From Verrucomicrobiota bacterium (GTDB lineage Bacteria > Verrucomicrobiota > Verrucomicrobiia > Limisphaerales > JBFMBT01): a stretch of 64,000 bases of DNA. Within the stretch, counting starts at the first letter, position 1, and each line of letters begins with the position of its first letter. Positions 34,165 to 44,746 of the stretch are shown piece by piece. The position numbers and the translations under genes were made by a program. Under the pieces are notes generated by a model. That model was not told the DNA's origin and did not search any database. It was given only the letters and a program-made list of their open reading frames with translations. The DNA lies in assembly GCA_040754875.1 (NCBI GenBank), contig JBFMBT010000001.1, forward strand, positions 3,937 through 67,936. The letters run 5' to 3'.

Positions 34165-35538
34165 ATGAAGAAGAATTCCCTCCGCGCCATTCCGGCGGTT
34201 GAAAAACTCGTCCACGCGTTGGGTGACACCCCCGTGCCCCGGCCGGTCGTGGTGGCGGTGGCGCGCCGCGAAATTGCGGCCTTGCGCGGAGAAAAGGACA
34301 TCCCTTCATTCGACGACGTGCTTGCCCGCGTGCGCGCGGCCGTTGTGGCCGTTGCCTCGTCGCGCATCCAACCGCTGGTCAACGGCACCGGCATCGTCAT
34401 TCACACCAACCTTGGCCGTTCTCCGCTCGGGCCGGCGGTCGTGGAAACGTTGCAGATCATCGCGTCCAATTATAACAACCTGGAATACGACATCGCGGGC
34501 GGCGAGCGTGGCGGGCGCGCCGCGTATCTCGAGCACAACCTCGCGCTGCTCTGCCAGGCCGAAGCCGCCACCGTGACCAACAATTGCGCCGCCGCGCTCG
34601 TGCTCATCCTGCGCCACTTTACCGCGGGCGAACGCAAGGAAGTCATCATCTCGCGCGGCGAACTCGTCCAGATCGGCGGCGGTTTTCGCATTCCCGACAT
34701 CCTCGAAACCAGCGGCGCCGCGTTGCGCGAGGTCGGCACCACCAACAAAACGACGCTGGGCGATTACGCGCGCGCCATCGGCCCGCGCACCGCCCTGATT
34801 CTCAAGGTGCATCGCAGCAATTTCTTCATGGGCGGCTTCGTCGAATCGCCGTCCACGGAGGAAATCGCCGCCCTCGCGCGTAGAAAGAAGGTGCCGTTCG
34901 TCGAGGACCTGGGCAGCGGGGCCGTGGTGCCCACGGAAAAACTCGCCGCCATCGAGCATGAACCCACGCCCGCCGAGGTGCTGAAACACGGTGTGGATCT
35001 GCTTTGTTTCAGTGGCGACAAGCTGCTGGGCGGCCCGCAGGCCGGCATCATCGCGGGCAAGGCCAGACTCGTCGCCGCGGTAAAACGCGAGCCGTTCTTC
35101 CGCGCGTTGCGCTGCGATAAATTGATCCTCTCCGCCCTGCAAACCACCGTGGATCTTTACCTCTCCGGCCAGGCTGACCTCGCCGTGCCCACGCTCGCGC
35201 TGCTGCGCGCGTCCAACGACGAACTCCGCGCGCGGGCCGAAAAGCTGGCGGCCGCACTCGCCGGACTGCCACTCAAGGCCACCGTCGGACTGGGAAAAGC
35301 GCAGGTTGGCGGCGGCACCCTCCCCCGTTCTACCATCGAATCGGTGACACTCGACCTCCTGCCACAAGGAATCGCGCTGGCTGAATTCGCGCAGCGGCTC
35401 CGCCTGGGGACACCGGCGATCATCGGCTACGTTGCCGCCGGCAGGTTCAAACTCGACCTCCGCACCATCTTCCCCCGCCAGGACGAACTACTCATCAACG
35501 CGATTAAACGCTGCGCCGGATTGGTCAAGGAGCCTTGA
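34165..35538 (+). CDS. selA: L-seryl-tRNA(Sec) selenium transferase
   Basis: NGTGIVIHTNLGRSPL and FSGDKLLGGPQAGII (PLP-Lys) are SelA signatures. Confidence 0.9.
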   Translation: MKKNSLRAIPAVEKLVHALGDTPVPRPVVVAVARREIAALRGEKDIPSFDDVLARVRAAVVAVASSRIQPLVNGTGIVIHTNLGRSPLGPAVVETLQIIASNYNNLEYDIAGGERGGRAAYLEHNLALLCQAEAATVTNNCAAALVLILRHFTAGERKEVIISRGELVQIGGGFRIPDILETSGAALREVGTTNKTTLGDYARAIGPRTALILKVHRSNFFMGGFVESPSTEEIAALARRKKVPFVEDLGSGAVVPTEKLAAIEHEPTPAEVLKHGVDLLCFSGDKLLGGPQAGIIAGKARLVAAVKREPFFRALRCDKLILSALQTTVDLYLSGQADLAVPTLALLRASNDELRARAEKLAAALAGLPLKATVGLGKAQVGGGTLPRSTIESVTLDLLPQGIALAEFAQRLRLGTPAIIGYVAAGRFKLDLRTIFPRQDELLINAIKRCAGLVKEP

Positions 35539-36184
35539 CCGTCAGCCACTCGAATTTGAGTTTCACCTCGTCGCCGGTGGAGATGAGGCCGAGCGCGATC
35601 TTGGGCGCGGGCGGCTGGATGCCGAAATCAGTCATCTTCACGGCCACGCTGCCAGTCACCTTGATGGAATTGGCATCCACGCGGTCCATTTCGACCGGCA
35701 TGGAGATGGTTTTCTTGACGCCGGAAACGGTGAGGTCGCCTTTGGCGTTGTACTTGTAAGGCTTGCCAGCCTGGCGGGCGTCTTTGCTCGGAGTCATTTC
35801 CGTGACCGTGTAGGTGATGGTGGGATGCTTTTCCTGCTTCATCGCCTCGTGCATGACGGAATCCATGGCCGTCTTGCCGCTCTTGAGCGAGCGCACGGGA
35901 ATGGTCACCTGCACCTTCGGTGCGGTCTTGAACGCCGGCGCGGCGGCGGCCGAATTGTCCGCCGGGAAACTCCCATCCAATTCCATGCTGCCGGCGATGA
36001 GCTTGCCCTCGACGGTCCAATCGTGAACGGTGGAGGTGCCGTCAATCTGCATGCGCCCGCCGCCGGGCTTGGCATTGTATTTGACGGTTTGCGCTTCGGT
36101 CGAAGCAGCCAGCAACAGCGCGGCCGCGGCCACGCAGGACGTAATCATTCGAGTCATGTTCATGTTTCTGAGAATTGGACGCAA
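35525..36184 (-). CDS. YceI-like periplasmic protein
   Basis: Signal peptide, DGTSTVHDWTVEG, and the length and pattern of YceI lipid/polyisoprenoid-binding proteins. Its 3' end overlaps the selA 3' end by 14 nt (convergent). Confidence 0.7.
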   Translation of the reverse strand: MRPILRNMNMTRMITSCVAAAALLLAASTEAQTVKYNAKPGGGRMQIDGTSTVHDWTVEGKLIAGSMELDGSFPADNSAAAAPAFKTAPKVQVTIPVRSLKSGKTAMDSVMHEAMKQEKHPTITYTVTEMTPSKDARQAGKPYKYNAKGDLTVSGVKKTISMPVEMDRVDANSIKVTGSVAVKMTDFGIQPPAPKIALGLISTGDEVKLKFEWLTVKAP

Positions 36185-36212
36185 TCCGCCCGGCGTTATT
36201 CGTTGACGCGCG

Positions 36213-37580
36213 TCAACCCAGCGCGAACCACTGTTTGTCGAACGCGATCTTCTGCCCTTTGACGATGGCTTCGTTCACCTTGATGGCCGTGACCGTCGCG
36301 GCGAAGCCTTCGTCGAAACCGGCGGCGGGCACCTTGTTCTTGTTGATGTCGGCGAGATATTCAATGAGCGCCTGGTTGTCCGCCGCGCCAAAGCTGGCGA
36401 TGAAATCCTCGACCGCCGCGCCGTGGTTGTAGCTGTTGGTCACGAAGGCGCTGAGCGCCAGATACAACGGCGTACTCGTGATGGGCGGTTCATCAGTGAT
36501 GCTGTCCGACTGCGCGGTGAGCTTGGTGGCGTTGGCGACCAGCGCAATGCCCGTCTCGCGGTAGAACTGATCCTTGCGCGCGTACACCTCCCAGCCGAGC
36601 AACGGCGAATCGGCTTCCTTGAACATCCACGCGCGGCTCCCGCGCACCATGAGCGTGGCGTCGCTGCCGTAATACATCTCGTAATCCGCATCAAACGAGC
36701 TGACGAGGCTGCTGTCGTAAATCATGCGCACGCCGTCCGCGTATTCGATGATGGCCTGGACGGTATCCGGCACGTCGCGCCCATCCTTCCAATGAATGGA
36801 GGAACCGAAGCCCGTGACCGACACCGGCTGCAGCCGCAAGAACCAGCCCGCCGCATCGATCTGATGGATGCCCAGTTCGCCGGCGAGTCCGAGGGACGTG
36901 CCGCTGCGCAGGCGCCAGTTGATTTCCTTTTCGCGCTCGGGATTGGGAGAAGTGCGGCGCCAGCTTTCCTTCTTGTGCCATTGGGCGCGGGCCATGGCGT
37001 TGCGTCCCATCGCGCCGGTGCGCACGAAATCGAGCAAGAAATGCCGCTGCACATCGGAACGATTCTGGAGGCCGGCCTGGAAATTGATCTTGGGATTCGC
37101 CTTGGCAGCCTTGGCGATGGCGCGCGCGTCTTCGATGGTGTGGGCCAGCGGCGCTTCGCAATACACGTGTTTGCCCGCGGCGATCGCGGCCAGGACAATC
37201 TCCTTATGCTGATGCGTGGGCGTGGCGATGATGACCGCCTTGACGTCCTTGTCCGCCAGCAACTGCTTGTAATCCGCGTACGCCTTGGCGTTGGGGGCGG
37301 ATTTCTTGGCGCGGTTCAGATAAGCCTCGTAATAATCGCAGATGGCGACGACCGGCGCATTGGGCAGGCGCGCGAGCGATTCCAGAATTTCGCGTCCCCA
37401 AGCGCCACAGCCAATGAGACCGCACGGAACCGGCGGTGTGGCGGGCTTGGTTTCGGGGACATCCTTGGGCTTTTCCTGCGCGGTGATCTCGACGCCGCCG
37501 AGCATGACCATGAGGGCGGCGAACGAACTGCCCTTGAGAAAGTCGCGGCGGTTGAAATCGGACAAATCTGGCTTGTTCAT
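36213..37580 (-). CDS. Gfo/Idh/MocA family oxidoreductase with TAT signal
   Basis: FNRRDFLKGSSFAALMV twin-arginine signal, GLIGCGAWGREIL Rossmann motif. Confidence 0.85.
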   Translation of the reverse strand: MNKPDLSDFNRRDFLKGSSFAALMVMLGGVEITAQEKPKDVPETKPATPPVPCGLIGCGAWGREILESLARLPNAPVVAICDYYEAYLNRAKKSAPNAKAYADYKQLLADKDVKAVIIATPTHQHKEIVLAAIAAGKHVYCEAPLAHTIEDARAIAKAAKANPKINFQAGLQNRSDVQRHFLLDFVRTGAMGRNAMARAQWHKKESWRRTSPNPEREKEINWRLRSGTSLGLAGELGIHQIDAAGWFLRLQPVSVTGFGSSIHWKDGRDVPDTVQAIIEYADGVRMIYDSSLVSSFDADYEMYYGSDATLMVRGSRAWMFKEADSPLLGWEVYARKDQFYRETGIALVANATKLTAQSDSITDEPPITSTPLYLALSAFVTNSYNHGAAVEDFIASFGAADNQALIEYLADINKNKVPAAGFDEGFAATVTAIKVNEAIVKGQKIAFDKQWFALG

Positions 37581-37784
37581 GCGTGCAACAAATGTAAGGG
37601 GTTGTTTTTTAGCGCAAGCAGGGCGGGATGTCTAACCGCATTTTGGCGGGAACCGGGCCGGGTTTTCGTCATATCCCCCTTCCGTCACCCCCGAAATCTT
37701 TGGGGGATCCGGATGAATGAATTTCAAATCCGCCCGTCCCAAGAAGGATTGAAATAACCCCCGGAATGGCTCATTGTCCCTTTC

Positions 37785-39347
37785 ATGGATGAAACTGAGC
37801 AACTGGACGAGTTGATGGCGTGCAAGCTGGACACGGGCCGGCGGGTCATTCAACCCTGCTCCATCGTGATCTTCGGCGCCAGCGGCGACCTCACGGCGCG
37901 CAAACTTATTCCCGCATTGTATCATCTGTTCATCGAGAAACAGATGCCCGACCCCTTCCGCGTCGTCGGTTTCGCGCGGCGCGACAAGAGCAACGACACC
38001 TGGCGCGACGAACTCCGCCAGGGCGTGGAACAATTCTCGCGCACCAAGTCCGTGGACAACGATCTCTGGACGGCGTTCGCGGCGAACATCCATTATTGCC
38101 AGGGCGACCTCACGGAGGAAGCGGCGTACAAGAAGCTCGAACAATTGCTCGGCAGTTTCGGCAACGAATCGCTGCGGCACAACCTGCTGTTTTACCTGGC
38201 GATTTCGCCCAGCCAGTTCGCGGATGTGGTGGAGAATTGCAATCGCGCCAATCTGCTGCGCCGCGAAGAAGCCGGGTCCTTCTGGCAGCGAGTGGTGGTT
38301 GAGAAGCCGTTTGGCCACGACCTTTCTTCCGCGCAGAAACTCAACGGCGACCTCACAAAGTTCGCGCACGAAAAGCAGATTTATCGCATCGACCATTACC
38401 TCGGCAAAGAGACGGTGCAGAACATTTTGATGTTCCGCTTCTCGAACGCCATTTTCGAACAGCTCTGGAACCGCCAGTCGGTGGACCATATTCAAATCAC
38501 CGTCAGCGAGAAGCTCGGCGTGGGCGCGCGCGGCGGTTATTACGAGGAAGCCGGCGCGTTGCGCGACATGGTGCAGAACCATCTGCTTCAAGTGTTGTCG
38601 CTCATTGCCATGGAACCGCCGGTGTCGCTCGAAGCCGAGGCCGTGCGCGATGAAAAGGTCAAGCTGCTCAAATCCATCCGCCCGTTGAGCGAGGGACAGG
38701 TGGCCAAGCAGGTGGTGCGCGGACAATATTTCGCCGGCATGATGGACGGCCAGTTGCGCGCGGGTTACCGGCAGGAGCCCAAGGTGAAGACGGATTCCAA
38801 CGTCGAAACCTACGTGGCGCTGAAGCTGTTCATCGACAACTGGCGCTGGTCGGGCGTGCCGTTCTTTTTGCGCACGGGTAAGAGCCTGCCGTTGAGCGCC
38901 AGCGAAGTGCGCGTGCAATTCCGGCCCACGCCCAACGTCCTGTTCGCCGCGCAATGCGGCGCCATGCTCGATCCCAACGCGCTGACGTTGCGGCTGCAGC
39001 CGAACGAGGGCATTTACCTGCGCTTTAATGGCAAGGTGCCGGGCACCAGCCTGAGCGTACGACCGGTGCGCATGAACTTTAGTTACAACAGCGAATTTGG
39101 CGCCTACACGCCCGAGGCTTACGAGCGCCTCCTGCTCGAAGCGATGGCCGGTGACGCCACGCTCTTCATCCGGCGCGACGAAGTGGAAACCGCCTGGGGC
39201 ATTGTTGATCCCATCCGCAAAGGCTGGCGCGGCAAGCCGCTCACGAACCGCGAATTCTATTCCGCCGGCACGTGGGGTCCCGTCGCCGCCGAAGACTTAC
39301 TGGCGGAAACCGGCCACACCTGGCGCGACCCACAGCCCGTGTCGTAA
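37785..39347 (+). CDS. zwf: glucose-6-phosphate 1-dehydrogenase
   Basis: IFGASGDLTARKLIPALY and IYRIDHYLGKETVQNI signatures. Confidence 0.95.
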   Translation: MDETEQLDELMACKLDTGRRVIQPCSIVIFGASGDLTARKLIPALYHLFIEKQMPDPFRVVGFARRDKSNDTWRDELRQGVEQFSRTKSVDNDLWTAFAANIHYCQGDLTEEAAYKKLEQLLGSFGNESLRHNLLFYLAISPSQFADVVENCNRANLLRREEAGSFWQRVVVEKPFGHDLSSAQKLNGDLTKFAHEKQIYRIDHYLGKETVQNILMFRFSNAIFEQLWNRQSVDHIQITVSEKLGVGARGGYYEEAGALRDMVQNHLLQVLSLIAMEPPVSLEAEAVRDEKVKLLKSIRPLSEGQVAKQVVRGQYFAGMMDGQLRAGYRQEPKVKTDSNVETYVALKLFIDNWRWSGVPFFLRTGKSLPLSASEVRVQFRPTPNVLFAAQCGAMLDPNALTLRLQPNEGIYLRFNGKVPGTSLSVRPVRMNFSYNSEFGAYTPEAYERLLLEAMAGDATLFIRRDEVETAWGIVDPIRKGWRGKPLTNREFYSAGTWGPVAAEDLLAETGHTWRDPQPVS

Positions 39348-39351
39348 CTGC

Positions 39352-40089
39352 ATGACGTCGTTGTCCCGCCTTTCCCATCCGGCGTGCGAACTGGTTTCGT
39401 TCGGTGACGCGCAGGAACTGGTGGCCGCCGTTGCCGGGCGCTGGTTGCACGAACTGTTGAAGCACGATGGTCGCCGGCCGTATTGCGCCGCGCTTTCAGG
39501 CGGTCGCATCGCGATGGACTTTTTTGAGGCCTTGGCGGATGCCGCGCAGTCGCATCGTCCGGTGCTGGAGCCTGTGCACTTCTTCTGGGGCGACGAGCGC
39601 TGCGTGCCGCCGGATTCGCCCGAAAGCAATTTCAAGGCGGCGCACCAGTTGTTCCTTCAGCCGCTCGAAATCCCCGAAGCCCGCATCCATCGTCTCCGCG
39701 GCGAAGACCCGCCCGGGCAGGCGGCGCAGGCGGCCGAAGCCGCGCTGCGCGCCATCGCAACCACATCCGCCGGCCAGCCCGTATTCGACCTGGTCTTCCT
39801 CGGCATGGGCGAGGACGGCCACGTGGCCTCACTGTTCCCCGGCGAATCGCCCGAAACCATGCGCGCCCCGGACGTCTATCGCGCCGTCACGGCTGTGAAG
39901 CCGCCGCCCCGCCGCATCACCCTGGGTTACGCGACGATCGCCACCGCGCGCCAGGTCTGGGTGCTCGCGTCCGGCAAGGGCAAGGAGAAGGCCCTCCGGG
40001 AATCCCTGTCGCCGGCCGGCAAAACCCCGCTCGCCCGCGTGATTCGCTCGCGCGAACAAACGCTGGTGTTCGCCGATGCCATGGCCTGA
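39352..40089 (+). CDS. pgl: 6-phosphogluconolactonase
   Basis: ALSGGRIAMDFF, FFWGDERCVP, FLGMGEDGHVASLFPG. Start at ATG 39352, just after the zwf stop. Confidence 0.9.
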   Translation: MTSLSRLSHPACELVSFGDAQELVAAVAGRWLHELLKHDGRRPYCAALSGGRIAMDFFEALADAAQSHRPVLEPVHFFWGDERCVPPDSPESNFKAAHQLFLQPLEIPEARIHRLRGEDPPGQAAQAAEAALRAIATTSAGQPVFDLVFLGMGEDGHVASLFPGESPETMRAPDVYRAVTAVKPPPRRITLGYATIATARQVWVLASGKGKEKALRESLSPAGKTPLARVIRSREQTLVFADAMA

Positions 40090-40135
40090 GAGCCGACGTC
40101 TGCGAGATTGCCGGTGGGGCGGTTACCGTTTATGA

Positions 40136-40744
40136 ATGGCGCGACGAATTATGGCCAGAACGCCTTCCACCATGCTGCCGCTGGGCACGCGCGCGCCGGA
40201 TTTCCAACTGCCCGACGTGACGACGGGACGCACCGTTTCCCTCGCCGATTTCAAAGACGCGCCGGCGTTGCTGGTGATGTTCATTTGCAATCATTGTCCG
40301 TACGTGAAGCACATTCGCGCGGAACTGGCGAAGGTCGGGCGCGAATATCAATCCCGCGGTGCGGCGCTGGTGGCCATCAACGCGAATGATGTGGCGAATT
40401 TCCCGGATGACAGTCCGGAAAAGATGGCGCTGGAGGCGAAGGACGCGGGCTACCCGTTCCCGTATCTCTACGACGAATCGCAAGCCGTGGCGAAGGCGTA
40501 TCGCGCGGCCTGCACCCCGGATTTCTTCCTGTTCGACCGCGAACACAGGCTGGTTTACCGCGGCCAGTTCGATGACAGCCGCCCGCGCGTGGAGAAAATC
40601 CTGCCCGTCACCGGCAAGGACCTCCGCGCGGCACTGGATGCCGTGCTGGCGGGCAAACCGGTTTCCGCCGACCAGAAGGCCAGCCTGGGCTGCAACATCA
40701 AGTGGAAGCCGGGCAACGAGCCGGAATATTTCTCCGTGTTCTAA
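40136..40744 (+). CDS. thioredoxin-fold protein (AhpC/TSA / TlpA-like)
   Basis: APDFQLPDVTTGRTVSLADF ... LLVMFICNHCPYV (CxxC) ... DFFLFD. Confidence 0.75.
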   Translation: MARRIMARTPSTMLPLGTRAPDFQLPDVTTGRTVSLADFKDAPALLVMFICNHCPYVKHIRAELAKVGREYQSRGAALVAINANDVANFPDDSPEKMALEAKDAGYPFPYLYDESQAVAKAYRAACTPDFFLFDREHRLVYRGQFDDSRPRVEKILPVTGKDLRAALDAVLAGKPVSADQKASLGCNIKWKPGNEPEYFSVF

Positions 40745-40747
40745 CCA

Positions 40748-41677
40748 GTGCACACCTTCCTTGGCATCGAAATCGGTGGCACCAAGCTGCAACTGGTCGC
40801 GGGCGACGCGCAAGGGCGCATCACCGAACGGCGGCGCCTGGCGGTGGACGCGACGCGCGGCGGGGCGGGCATTCGCGAGCAACTCCAGCAGGGCGTGCCG
40901 GAGTTGATTGCCAAGGTGCGCCCGACTGCCATCGGCGTGGGCTTTGGCGGGCCGGTGGATTGGAGGACGGGACAAATCTGTTGCTCACACCAGGTCGAAG
41001 GCTGGTCGGAATTTCCCCTGGGCCGATGGCTGCACGGACTGGGCGGATTGCCGGTGGCGGTGGATAATGACGCCAACACCGCGGCGTTGGGTGAAGGCTT
41101 GTTCGGCGCGGGCAAGGGGCACAACCCCGCTTTCTATTTCAACATGGGCAGCGGCGTCGGCGGCGGGCTGGTCGTCGATGGCCGCATCTATCACGGCGCG
41201 AAGCCGGGGGAAGTCGAGTTCGGCCACCTGCGGTTGGATCGCGAGGGAACGATTGTCGAGCATCGCTGCTCTGGGTGGGCGGTGGACACAAAAATTCGCG
41301 CCCTGAAACAAGCCGCTCCAACCAGCGCACTGGCCCGGCTGGTGGGCAACACGTCGGGTGGCGAAGCGAGGCACTTGCCGGCGGCGCTGGCGCAGGGCGA
41401 TGAAACGGCGCAACGGATTCTGAACGAGCTTTCCGGGGACATCGCGTTTGCCCTGTCGCATGCGGTGCATCTGTTTCATCCCGAGGTCGTCGTGATGGGC
41501 GGCGGGCTGTCGCTGGTTGGCGAACCGTTGCGCGCGGCGGTCGAGCGCCAGTTGGATCGTTTGGTGATGGAGGCCTTCAAGCCGGTCCCGCCGGTGCGGC
41601 TGGCGGCGCTGGGGGAGGATGCGGTGCCGGTGGGCGCCTTGTTGCTCGCACGGCAGGCGGCGGAAAAATCGTCATGA
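40748..41677 (+). CDS. ROK family sugar kinase (glucokinase-like)
   Basis: GIEIGGTKLQL and VDNDANTAALGE motifs, GTG start. Confidence 0.8.
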   Translation: MHTFLGIEIGGTKLQLVAGDAQGRITERRRLAVDATRGGAGIREQLQQGVPELIAKVRPTAIGVGFGGPVDWRTGQICCSHQVEGWSEFPLGRWLHGLGGLPVAVDNDANTAALGEGLFGAGKGHNPAFYFNMGSGVGGGLVVDGRIYHGAKPGEVEFGHLRLDREGTIVEHRCSGWAVDTKIRALKQAAPTSALARLVGNTSGGEARHLPAALAQGDETAQRILNELSGDIAFALSHAVHLFHPEVVVMGGGLSLVGEPLRAAVERQLDRLVMEAFKPVPPVRLAALGEDAVPVGALLLARQAAEKSS

Positions 41678-41711
41678 CAAAGCGCCGGTTGCTCCACATC
41701 ATACGCGGACA

Positions 41712-42281
41712 ATGAAGCAATGGATTGCCGATTACGTAAACGCGCAGAAAGCGGCGCTGGACTCAATTCCCGTGGATGCCGTCGCGCAGGTGATTGAAAA
41801 GCTGCGCGCCGCGCTCAAGGAAGACCGGCAGATTTTCGTGTTCGGCAACGGCGGCAGCGCGGCCAACGCCTCGCACTTCGCCACGGACCTTGGCAAAGGT
41901 TCTTCCGACAAGCTGGGCAAACGCTTCCGCGTGCTCTCGCTCAACGACAACGTGAGCTGGATGACCGCGCTGGGCAACGACTACGCGTACGAAGAGGTTT
42001 TCTCGCGCCAGTTGATGAATTATGGCCGCGCGGGCGACATCGTGCTGGTGATGAGCGTGAGCGGCAGTTCGCCCAACATCGTCAAAGCCGTCGAGTGGGC
42101 CAATCAAAACGGCCTGCACACCATCGCGCTGGTGGGCGGCAAGCGCGGCAAGCTGGCGCAGTTGGCGAAGCAAGCGATTGTCATCAACGACACTCATTAC
42201 GGCCGCGCCGAGGATTCGCACATGGGCATCTGCCACATGCTCTGCTACGCTTTCATGGAACTGCCGGAACTCCAGAAATAA
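41712..42281 (+). CDS. SIS domain protein (GmhA/DiaA-like sugar-phosphate isomerase)
   Basis: IFVFGNGGSAANASHF and VMSVSGSSPNIV. Confidence 0.8.
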   Translation: MKQWIADYVNAQKAALDSIPVDAVAQVIEKLRAALKEDRQIFVFGNGGSAANASHFATDLGKGSSDKLGKRFRVLSLNDNVSWMTALGNDYAYEEVFSRQLMNYGRAGDIVLVMSVSGSSPNIVKAVEWANQNGLHTIALVGGKRGKLAQLAKQAIVINDTHYGRAEDSHMGICHMLCYAFMELPELQK

Positions 42282-42291
42282 ATCCGACGGT

Positions 42292-43050
42292 TCATTTCGG
42301 CGCCTTTCCCACAGGCAACAACTCCCTCAACGGGCAGGTTTCGCAGCGCGGCTCGCGCGGGCGGCAGTAGTCCTTTCCCACCATCACCAGTTGCGCATGG
42401 TAATCCTGCCAGTAATCGAGTCGTTGCGCGGCGGGTTGGTGGTCGAGCACGCCAGCGCATAAGGCCTGCAATTCGTGATAGGTGGCATTGTCGGCGCACC
42501 AATGGTGCCGGGCGAAAATACGTTTCGTGTAGGCGTCGATGACGAAGCTGTGGTGGTTGCCGGCGTAGAGCAGCATGCTGTCGGCCGTTTCGGGGCCGAT
42601 GCCGTTGATGGCGAGCAGGCGCTCGCGCACAGCAAGCGTGGAACCGGCGAAGAGGCGGTCGAGGTCCGCGTCAAACTCGTCCACGAGCACCTTGAGAAAG
42701 GCGCGCAGGCGGCGGGCCTTGACGTTGAAGTAGCCGGCGGGACGGAGGAGTCTGGCAAGTTCCCTTTCCGGCAGGGCGAACAGTTGGCGGGGTTCCAGCA
42801 CGCCGGCGGTCTTGAGACTGGCGATGGCGCGTTCAACGTTCTTCCAAGCCGTGTTTTGCGTGAGGATCGCGCCCACGCAAATTTCAAACGGCGTGTCGCC
42901 CGGCCACCAGTGTTGGTGGCCGTGCCGGGTGCGCATCAACTGATAGGCGCGGCGAAGCGCGGCCGTGGTGCGGGCTGTTTTGGCGCGGCGTGACACAGAG
43001 GTGAAGATAGAGGCGAAGGTGGGCGCGTTCAATCGGCGATGCGCGTGCAC
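42292..43050 (-). CDS. endonuclease III-like HhH-GPD DNA glycosylase family protein
   Basis: ILTQNTAWKNVERAI, INGIGPETADSMLLY (HhH), C-terminal CRPREPRCETCPL Fe-S Cys cluster. Confidence 0.75.
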   Translation of the reverse strand: MHAHRRLNAPTFASIFTSVSRRAKTARTTAALRRAYQLMRTRHGHQHWWPGDTPFEICVGAILTQNTAWKNVERAIASLKTAGVLEPRQLFALPERELARLLRPAGYFNVKARRLRAFLKVLVDEFDADLDRLFAGSTLAVRERLLAINGIGPETADSMLLYAGNHHSFVIDAYTKRIFARHHWCADNATYHELQALCAGVLDHQPAAQRLDYWQDYHAQLVMVGKDYCRPREPRCETCPLRELLPVGKAPK

Positions 43051-43114
43051 GGTGGGCGCTGCACTAAATGTTTGAAGTCGGCGGGCGCGGCGTTAGCTTG
43101 GGCTCCTCACTCAC

Positions 43115-44746
43115 ATGAAAAGCGCGGTCTTGAAACCCAGGCAGGTATATCTCGTGGCCAACGGCGATTTGCGGCTCTCCGCCAACCAGAAGTGCTGGCC
43201 CGAACAGGCGAAAATGGAAGCGACGCTCACCCGCGCGCTGAAGGCCGAAGGCTGGAAGGTCGTGCGCGCGCATTCGTTCGACAAAACGAAGCGTCACGGG
43301 TTCATCGATTCCCAAAAGATGGGCGTGGAGGTGTTCCGCGCACTGGATCCGGATGCGCCCCTGATTGTGGCGGAATGTGTCTGGCAATACAGCCAGCATG
43401 TTTTGCCCGGACTTTACACCCATCGCGGCCCCATCCTCACGGTGGCCAACTGGAGCGGCACCTGGCCGGGGCTGGTGGGCATGCTGAACTTGAACGGGTC
43501 GCTGACCAAGATGGGCGTGCGTTATTCGACGCTCTGGAGCGAGACGTTCAAGGACGACTATTTCAAGGCGGGCCTGCGCCAGTGGCTGGGCGAAGGCGTC
43601 GTCACGCACGACCAGAGTCACGTGCGCGATCTGGCGTTGTTGAAGCTGCCGCTCGCGGATGAACAAACGGGACGGCAGTTCGCGCGGCGGTTCCGGCAAA
43701 ACAAGGCCATCATGGGCGTGTTTGACGAGGGTTGCATGGGCATGCACAACGCCATCATCCCCGATGAACTGCTCAACCCCGCCGGCGTGTTCAAGGAGCG
43801 GCTCAGCCAATCGACCCTCTACGCGGCGATGCAGGAGGTGTTCGATTCGGAGGCGCGCGAGGTCCTGGACTGGCTCAAGCGCAAGGGCATGACTTTTCAT
43901 TTCGGCGCGGACGAGGCAACCGAATTGACCGAAGCGCAGGTGTTGCAGCAATGCCGGATGTATATCGCGGCCGTGCGGATTGCCGACGAATTCGGCTGTG
44001 CAACCGTTGGGATCCAATATCAGCAGGGGCTGAAGGATCTGACACCCGCCAGCGATCTCGCCGAGGGATTGCTCAACAACGCGGACCGGCCGCCGGTGAA
44101 ATGCCGGCGCACGGGCAAGGTGTTGTTCGAGGGCGAAGCCGTGCCGCACTTCAATGAAGTCGATGAATGCGCCGGGCTGGACGGGTTGGTGACGTACCGG
44201 CTTTGGCGCGAACTCGGCTTCGCGCCGGAAAACACGCTGCACGACCTGCGCTGGGGCCGGCATTACCAGGGCAACGGCGTGAACGACTACGTGTGGGTGT
44301 TTTTGATTTCCGGCGCCGCGCCCCCCGCGCATTTCATCGGCGGCTACAAAGGCGCGAGCAGCGAACGGCAGCCGCCGATGTATTTCCGCCTGGGCGGCGG
44401 GACCGTGAAAGGCATTTCCAAGCCGGGCCATATTGTGTGGAGCCGCGTGTTTGTGATGAACGGACGGTTGCATTGCGACCTGGGCGTGGCGGATGTCGTG
44501 AAGCTGCCCGACGCCGAAACGCAGCGGCGCTGGCAGGAAACGACGCCGCAATGGCCGATCATGCACGCGGTGTTGCGCGGCATTTCGCGCGACCAGATGA
44601 TGGCGCGCCACAAATCCAATCACATCCAGGTGGTGTATGCGCCCAACGAACGCGAGGCGCACCGCGCCTGCCGCATCAAGGCCGCGGCACTCGGGGAACT
44701 GGGACTGGAAGCGCATTTGTGCGGCGAGGTGAGGCTGGGAACGTGA
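43115..44746 (+). CDS. L-fucose/L-arabinose isomerase-family protein (tentative)
   Basis: 543 aa. The N-terminal layout VYLVANGDLRLSANQKCW ... and the overall length resemble FucI-like isomerases common in PVC genomes. Memory-based. Confidence 0.45.
   Translation: MKSAVLKPRQVYLVANGDLRLSANQKCWPEQAKMEATLTRALKAEGWKVVRAHSFDKTKRHGFIDSQKMGVEVFRALDPDAPLIVAECVWQYSQHVLPGLYTHRGPILTVANWSGTWPGLVGMLNLNGSLTKMGVRYSTLWSETFKDDYFKAGLRQWLGEGVVTHDQSHVRDLALLKLPLADEQTGRQFARRFRQNKAIMGVFDEGCMGMHNAIIPDELLNPAGVFKERLSQSTLYAAMQEVFDSEAREVLDWLKRKGMTFHFGADEATELTEAQVLQQCRMYIAAVRIADEFGCATVGIQYQQGLKDLTPASDLAEGLLNNADRPPVKCRRTGKVLFEGEAVPHFNEVDECAGLDGLVTYRLWRELGFAPENTLHDLRWGRHYQGNGVNDYVWVFLISGAAPPAHFIGGYKGASSERQPPMYFRLGGGTVKGISKPGHIVWSRVFVMNGRLHCDLGVADVVKLPDAETQRRWQETTPQWPIMHAVLRGISRDQMMARHKSNHIQVVYAPNEREAHRACRIKAAALGELGLEAHLCGEVRLGT

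Noticed and set aside
34101-40744. Selenoprotein genes (in-frame TGA) or tRNA-Sec next to selA
   Set aside because: I found no split ORF pairs joined by a TGA. The nearby thioredoxin-fold and MsrA proteins use Cys (CNHC, GCFW). No tRNA-like cloverleaf was seen in the short flanks of selA.
43064-44716. 550-aa minus-strand ORF and many similar long antisense ORFs (5295-6455, 13038-14045, 16538-17884, 21120-22118, 24643-26103, 31100-32542, 32638-34023, 34306-35367, 36423-37757, 37632-38954, 45356-46483, 46838-47806, 50718-51929, 52174-53418, 53594-54580)
   Set aside because: These are shadow ORFs typical of GC-rich DNA. They lie exactly opposite genes with strong family motifs, have Arg/Gly/Ala/His-rich compositions, and show no recognisable motifs.
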